12,202 bases of DNA, from the IMG/VR virus record IMGVR_UViG_3300029840_000054, positions 1-12,202 of that record. One strand, written 5' to 3'. Positions 7,808-12,202 of the stretch are shown one piece after another. Both the position numbers and the translations under genes were made by a program. Position 1 is the first letter of the stretch; the number at the start of each line of letters is the position of its first letter. The notes under the pieces were generated by a model that did no database searches, had not been told where the DNA came from, and saw only the letters and a list, made by a program, of their open reading frames with translations. The stretch comes from a virus (Duplodnaviria > Heunggongvirae > Uroviricota > Caudoviricetes).

Positions 7808-8710
7808 AGTGCCTCCTGTATCATGAGTGTTCAGCGCCGCAACCATCACACTGATGGCATCCGACGCATTGATTAATTCATCCGCCAGCCCGGCCTCAAT
7901 GCCGGACTGACCTTCAAAAACGGCGGCCTCTGTTCCCGTGACTGCATCAACAGACAGACCGGTATACATCGCCACTTTTTCGGCAAACATCCGGCGCGCC
8001 GCATCAATCCGCTGCTGCATGTCCTGGCGAACCTCTTCCGGCAACGCTTCAAACTGATTGCCATCCACCTTGTGCGCCCCTGAGTAAATCAGCGTGATAT
8101 CCACACCGGCCTGCGCCAGATGACCGGCATAGCTGACATGGCTCATCATCACGCCAATGGAGCCGATACGGGATGTCTGGGTAACCAGCCGTCGGGAGCA
8201 GGCCGACGCCAGCAGCATGGCTGCAGAACAGGCCGTGTCATTGCACAGTGCCCAGACCGGCTTCTGCTGACTAAGTCGGTAAATCATGTCAGCACAGTCA
8301 AACGCACCGGCGGCCTGCCCGCCCGGACTGTCAATGTCCAGCAGTACACCCCGCACCTGGCTATCCGCCATTGCCTGCTGAAGACAGGCGACAATGCCGT
8401 CATAGCCTGTCATTCCGGAAAATGGCCGCATACCCCCCAGCCGGTGCACCAGCGTGCCTGTCACCGGCAGTACAGCAATACCGTTCACCACCCGGTAAAC
8501 ACGGGCCGGTCGTTTACCTCCGGCCATGTACTCGTCCGTTTCAGCCAGCATTCCGGGAGCATCAAGCTGTACCTGCTGTTGTGGTACCGAAAGACTTGCT
8601 GCCCCCATCTCGCGCCCGAGCGCGCAAAAGAAAACCCGCGCATAGGCGGGCTCCAGAAGCAGCGGTTCATTGAATGCTGCTGCAATAATGTGTGAAAGAT
8701 TACGTCTCAC
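7205..8710 (-). CDS. C: prohead protease/scaffold gpC (S49/ClpP-like N-terminal domain with a repeat-containing scaffold C-terminus)
   Basis: 501 aa, in the position and orientation of lambda C between B and D. The call rests on synteny and on colinearity of the C-terminal scaffold motif (RVMGILTCQEAKGREQ...PGMTVE.AR.IL) with what I recall of lambda gpC; the S49 peptidase assignment is from established knowledge of lambda gpC, not a motif I verified. Confidence 0.85.
   Translation of the reverse strand: MRRNLSHIIAAAFNEPLLLEPAYARVFFCALGREMGAASLSVPQQQVQLDAPGMLAETDEYMAGGKRPARVYRVVNGIAVLPVTGTLVHRLGGMRPFSGMTGYDGIVACLQQAMADSQVRGVLLDIDSPGGQAAGAFDCADMIYRLSQQKPVWALCNDTACSAAMLLASACSRRLVTQTSRIGSIGVMMSHVSYAGHLAQAGVDITLIYSGAHKVDGNQFEALPEEVRQDMQQRIDAARRMFAEKVAMYTGLSVDAVTGTEAAVFEGQSGIEAGLADELINASDAISVMVAALNTHDTGGTMPQLTATEAAAQENQRVMGILTCQEAKGREQLATMLAGQQGMSVEQARAILTAAAPQQPVASTQSEADRIMACEEAKGREQLAATLAAMPDMTVEKARPILAASPQADAGPSLRDQIMALDEAKGAEAQAEKLAAFPGMTVEAARDILSSSPDKAEPVSASTTAMFERIMANHSPAAVQGGVSQTSADGDADVKMLMAMP
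7345..7762 (-). repeat. three tandem copies of a ~47-53-codon motif within C/nu3
   Basis: Protein repeats RVMGILTCQEAKGREQLATMLAGQQGMSVEQARAILTAAAP / RIMACEEAKGREQLAATLAAMPDMTVEKARPILAASPQ / QIMALDEAKGAEAQAEKLAAFPGMTVEAARDILSSSP, with a possible partial fourth (ERIMANH). Confidence 0.8.
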
Positions 8711-10292
8711 GTGGTGTTGTCTCCTCTTCCGGCCTGCGACTCTCCGCTATCTGCTGCTGATACGCCTGCGCTATCCAAACCGGACGTGAGAGTCCGGCTT
8801 TTTCCCGCTCTGCAGATTCCCTGACCTGCTGGCGGAAAATGTCCTGATAATCCTCGCCCATCAGCGCCAGCTCTTTCTCATACGTGCTCAGTCCGGCCTC
8901 AATGCGCATCACTGATTCCTGAACCTCCTTGAGCCCGTCAATGGCCATTCTTCCGGCTCCAATCCACTCAGCCCGTGACCAGGCTGATCGCGCCTGATAA
9001 AAATCAAAACGTGCCCGTGGCGGACGAATAATCCCCCGAAGAAGTGCCTCTTCCAGCCAGCAGGAAAACATCTGCGTGGCCAGCCGGGACGCAATAAATT
9101 TTCGCCGCCCCATAAAATAGCGCCACGACTCATTGGCGGATGCGCGGGCACTTGAATAACTGACCTTCGAGTAATCACGGGACAACTGTTCGTAGGAAAC
9201 GCCAAGACCGGCGGCGATATACCGCAGCAGCGCCTGTTCAAGCGCCGAAAATCCATTGTCTGAATCCTGCGCGGTCTGAAGTTTCAGATCATCACCGGGG
9301 AAAAGGTGCGGAATTTTGACACCGCCCAGCGTCACGCTATTCGTGTCATACCAGGTGGAGAACTTATCCAGAATATTAATAAGCGGATTATCCTTCTGCC
9401 CCTGCGGCGCACCGGCGATATATTCAAAGGCCTTTTCGGTATCAAGTTCACTTTCAATCGTCGCTGCATACATCGCCTTCACTATGGCCGACTGAAGCTG
9501 TGTTGCCTGCAGGGAATCGAGCATCTTCAGCCGTTCCATGACGCTGTAAAACTGATTAGCCCCACGGGTCTGCCCGTCCTCCACCGGCTCGAAAATATGC
9601 AGCATGGCCGGACGTCCGGTGGGAAGTTCACGCGGGATCCGTTCCCATCGTCCACTACCAGAGAACGGAAAATCATCCTCACAAATATGGTACGCGACGG
9701 CACGGCCATATCGATCGACCTCCACACCGGCCCGCAGAAAACGGTTCCCCATACCGTGTCCAGGCGTGTCCACCCGTTTCGGACTCACGGCTTTAAAACG
9801 CGTACGGAATAACTGCGTGGTTTCCGTATCCCAGACCGGCTGCACAAAGATTTCGCCGTTAAACGCATGAACGCCCACACCTTCACGGATAAATTCCGTG
9901 AACGTGCGTTTTCCTTCCACGTCGATCTCGCCAAACATCCCTTCGGCGTATTCCGACCAGGCCGCCTCCACCTCATCGACAAAGCTTTTTGCTGCGGTCT
10001 CCCGCATCCCCAGCCAGCGCCAGTTCGGACGGTAGCTGATCAGAAACATATGCCCGACAATGTGATCCTTATGCAGAGCCACCGCATTAGCCGCTATTCC
10101 GTTATNNNNNNNNNNNNNNNNTGCCCGGGCATTCCCCAGACGCAACGCGGGTAACAGGGCCGCATCGGCACTCTGCGCCGGTGGCAACCACTCAGCCATT
10201 TGCCCGCCAAATCCTGCACCGCCCCCGTTGTAGCTGAGACTCTCACGAAGCGGAACGCCGTTCACATCAATCAGGACAGGCGTTCGTTTCAT
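8700..10292 (-). CDS. B: portal protein gpB (contains a 16-nt N run)
   Basis: 530 aa; ...LHIFEPVEDGQTRGANQFYSVMERLKMLDSLQATQLQSAIVKAMYAATIESELDT...LRYIAAGLGVSYEQLSRDYS...GRMAIDGLKEVQESVMRIEAGLSTYEKE is colinear with lambda gpB (533 aa). Confidence 0.95.
   Translation of the reverse strand: MKRTPVLIDVNGVPLRESLSYNGGGAGFGGQMAEWLPPAQSADAALLPALRLGNARAXXXXXXNGIAANAVALHKDHIVGHMFLISYRPNWRWLGMRETAAKSFVDEVEAAWSEYAEGMFGEIDVEGKRTFTEFIREGVGVHAFNGEIFVQPVWDTETTQLFRTRFKAVSPKRVDTPGHGMGNRFLRAGVEVDRYGRAVAYHICEDDFPFSGSGRWERIPRELPTGRPAMLHIFEPVEDGQTRGANQFYSVMERLKMLDSLQATQLQSAIVKAMYAATIESELDTEKAFEYIAGAPQGQKDNPLINILDKFSTWYDTNSVTLGGVKIPHLFPGDDLKLQTAQDSDNGFSALEQALLRYIAAGLGVSYEQLSRDYSKVSYSSARASANESWRYFMGRRKFIASRLATQMFSCWLEEALLRGIIRPPRARFDFYQARSAWSRAEWIGAGRMAIDGLKEVQESVMRIEAGLSTYEKELALMGEDYQDIFRQQVRESAEREKAGLSRPVWIAQAYQQQIAESRRPEEETTPRET
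10106..10121. other. run of 16 ambiguous bases (N) inside the portal gene
   Basis: Literal n characters. The B frame is preserved across the run (6 X codons). Confidence 1.
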
Positions 10293-10495
10293 AACCTCAC
10301 TCCCAGCGGACGACGGCGACGCCGGGTTGTCCCCAGTACCGACTCCGCATCATTGATCGCCCGGTTAAGCTCATCCAGAGAAGCCGCCGTATATTCAATT
10401 CTGCGACCATCTTTCTGGACAGACACCACCCGTTTACCGGTTAATAAATCAAGGCGCGCCTGACGCAGCGCCTGCAGTTCAGCGACTGTAACCAT
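10289..10495 (-). CDS. W: head-tail connector / head completion protein gpW
   Basis: 68 aa; ...A.LDLLTGKRVVSVQKDGRRIEYTAASLDELNRAI...RRRRP is colinear with lambda gpW (68 aa). Overlaps the B start and A stop as in lambda. Confidence 0.9.
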   Translation of the reverse strand: MVTVAELQALRQARLDLLTGKRVVSVQKDGRRIEYTAASLDELNRAINDAESVLGTTRRRRRPLGVRL

Positions 10496-12155
10496 TCACT
10501 CCTCCGGACAGCTTCGCTGCCAGTTCTTTAAGGGTTGGCCGGGTCGTCTCTTCTTCCCGGGATTTTGCCAGTACAGCCAGATCAAGCTGCCAGCGTTGCA
10601 CGGACACACGTAATGCCGCGTAGGCATACACCAGGCAGTCCAGCGCTTCGTTACGCCGCTTTTTGTTATCCCACAGCAGACGCATCTTTCCTTTTTCCCA
10701 CTTCTCCACAAGCTCTTCCGCGACCAGTTGCTGCGCCTCTGTCTGCGAAAAAATCTCCGGATCATCAGGAAAACGGATGGCATACGACGTGGCTTCATCC
10801 GCAGGCGTGGGATCGGCTTTCATACGGGCATAGAGAATTTCTTTTGCGGTGTCCGTCCCCACTTCGCACAGATACACGCCCCGCTGATTGCGGGTTTTTG
10901 GCATGGTGATCACCGGCTTGCCATAAACAGATGCACCTTTTACCGGCAGCACCCGGAAAACACCGTGTTTTTTTGACCTCTGATAGACAATTTCGCCATC
11001 GATCCCTCCGGTGTCCCAGCAGACACGGGAAATGGTCATTTCGGTTCCGTCTGCATGGCGGTATTTTTTGTTGATCGCCACATCCACACGTAACAGCGTC
11101 TCTTCCTCATCGGGACGCCCCATAATGATGATTTTATCCACCAGAAAGGCTTCCTCTCCCGGAGCCCATCCCCAGACATACATCTCAAAACGGTTTCGCT
11201 GCGAGTCAATGCCCGCCGTCAGATAAACCACCCGGGAAGGCACCGCAGCCGTGTAACGCACAACCTTATCCATCAGCACCTGGTGATCGAGTTTTTCGCC
11301 CACGGCCTCTTCCCAGGTCTCGCCCAGCGTGGTGTTCACAAAGGTTTTCAGGCCGTTGGGATCTTTCAGTGCATCCAGCCAGTCATAGACAATCTGTACC
11401 CAGGTGGTGAACGGACTGTACGCCGTCCAGATATGGAATGTGATGGAGCGCGGCGGCGGAATTTCATTACCCGCAGCGCTGAAAAACGTCAGGCCGTCAC
11501 GGGTCCACATGCCCGTGTTTTCACAGATCCACCGCCCGTTGCTCTGGTCAAGATCAGACTGATGGATCACGCAGCCATGATGTTCACAGAGGTAGAAAAC
11601 ACTTTCTGGACTGTCCTTCTCCCATTTAAGGCCAAAAGGCGTGGACTCATCGCCAAATTTCAGATACTGCGCCTCCCCACAGTGTGGGCAGGGCACATAA
11701 AAACGCATGAAATGCGCCGACTCGTTGGCCGCTTTTTCGATCTGGCAGGAGCCTTTTATTTTAGGCGTCGAGCCGCGAATGGATTTTGGCCATACCGAGC
11801 CCTCAATACGCTTATCCCCCAGCAGGGTTGGCGAGCCCTCTTTTTCGACATCCGGCTCGAACGAGGAAAGTTCGTCATAGCAGACCACGTCCACGGATTT
11901 TTCACGGTAGTTTTTGGCGGCAGCACCACCCAGGCACCAGAACCCCACACGGGACGTGAATCTTTTTAATGTCAGTGTGTTATCCCGGTGCTTACGCCCC
12001 AGCCAGGGGGAAAGAATTTTCAGACAGGGAACATCCCGTAATGTTGACTCCACATGAGACTTCATAAAATCTTCAGCGGCAGAATCCGTAGGCTGAAACA
12101 GAAGACTGTTACGGTTTTTATGCTCAATAAAGTAACCAATAAGTAACCGGCTCAT
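10479..12155 (-). CDS. A: terminase large subunit (gpA-like); ORF corresponds to lambda gpA from about residue 85 onward, with an in-frame stop immediately upstream of the ATG
   Basis: 558 aa; ...YFIEHKNRNSLLFQPTDSAAEDFMKSHVE...WCLGGAAAKNYREKSVDVVCYDELSSF...IWTAYSPFTTWVQIV...NTTLGETWE...TAGIDSQ...GTDTAKE...KKRRNEALDC... is colinear with lambda gpA (641 aa). Confidence 0.9.
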   Translation of the reverse strand: MSRLLIGYFIEHKNRNSLLFQPTDSAAEDFMKSHVESTLRDVPCLKILSPWLGRKHRDNTLTLKRFTSRVGFWCLGGAAAKNYREKSVDVVCYDELSSFEPDVEKEGSPTLLGDKRIEGSVWPKSIRGSTPKIKGSCQIEKAANESAHFMRFYVPCPHCGEAQYLKFGDESTPFGLKWEKDSPESVFYLCEHHGCVIHQSDLDQSNGRWICENTGMWTRDGLTFFSAAGNEIPPPRSITFHIWTAYSPFTTWVQIVYDWLDALKDPNGLKTFVNTTLGETWEEAVGEKLDHQVLMDKVVRYTAAVPSRVVYLTAGIDSQRNRFEMYVWGWAPGEEAFLVDKIIIMGRPDEEETLLRVDVAINKKYRHADGTEMTISRVCWDTGGIDGEIVYQRSKKHGVFRVLPVKGASVYGKPVITMPKTRNQRGVYLCEVGTDTAKEILYARMKADPTPADEATSYAIRFPDDPEIFSQTEAQQLVAEELVEKWEKGKMRLLWDNKKRRNEALDCLVYAYAALRVSVQRWQLDLAVLAKSREEETTRPTLKELAAKLSGGVNGYSR

Positions 12156-12202
12156 TTAAACCGTCTGGTCTGTTTCCTCCGGCTCTACAAAAATAATGTC
12201 CA

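Noticed and set aside
8909-9256. Minus-strand 115-aa ORF inside the portal gene
   Set aside because: Alternative frame within gpB with no independent support.
10496-10798. Minus-strand 100-aa ORF (MKPRRMPSVFLMIRRFF...)
   Set aside because: It is an alternative frame entirely inside the terminase large subunit gene, with arginine-rich nonsense composition.
1-12202. Inserted accessory cargo (moron, defence system, toxin-antitoxin), CRISPR array, tRNA or IS element
   Set aside because: Every intergenic gap is under 60 bp, gene order is uninterrupted lambda synteny, and I saw no repeat-spacer periodicity, tRNA-like structure or transposase-like ORF.

Overview
The whole window is the head-to-tail morphogenesis module of a lambda-like (lambdoid) prophage, encoded entirely on the minus strand in lambda order: terminase large subunit (A) - W - portal (B) - protease/scaffold (C, with nested nu3) - D - E - FI - FII - Z - U - V - G/G-T - tape measure (H, running off the window at position 1). 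Calls rest on recognisable colinearity of the supplied translations with the lambda proteins, recalled from memory; no search was run. Genes are tightly packed, and I found no inserted non-phage gene, defence system, CRISPR array, tRNA or mobile element, so I do not see a novel system here. The interesting signals are three frame disruptions in essential genes (H, FI, and an N-terminally truncated terminase), which suggest a decaying prophage or assembly errors. There is also a G-T frameshift site that appears to use A_AAA_AAG rather than lambda's GGGAAAG, and two intergenic RNA hairpins. Three N runs (10, 16 and 16 nt) are present. Hand-located small motifs may be off by about 1 nt; ORF coordinates are taken from the supplied track.
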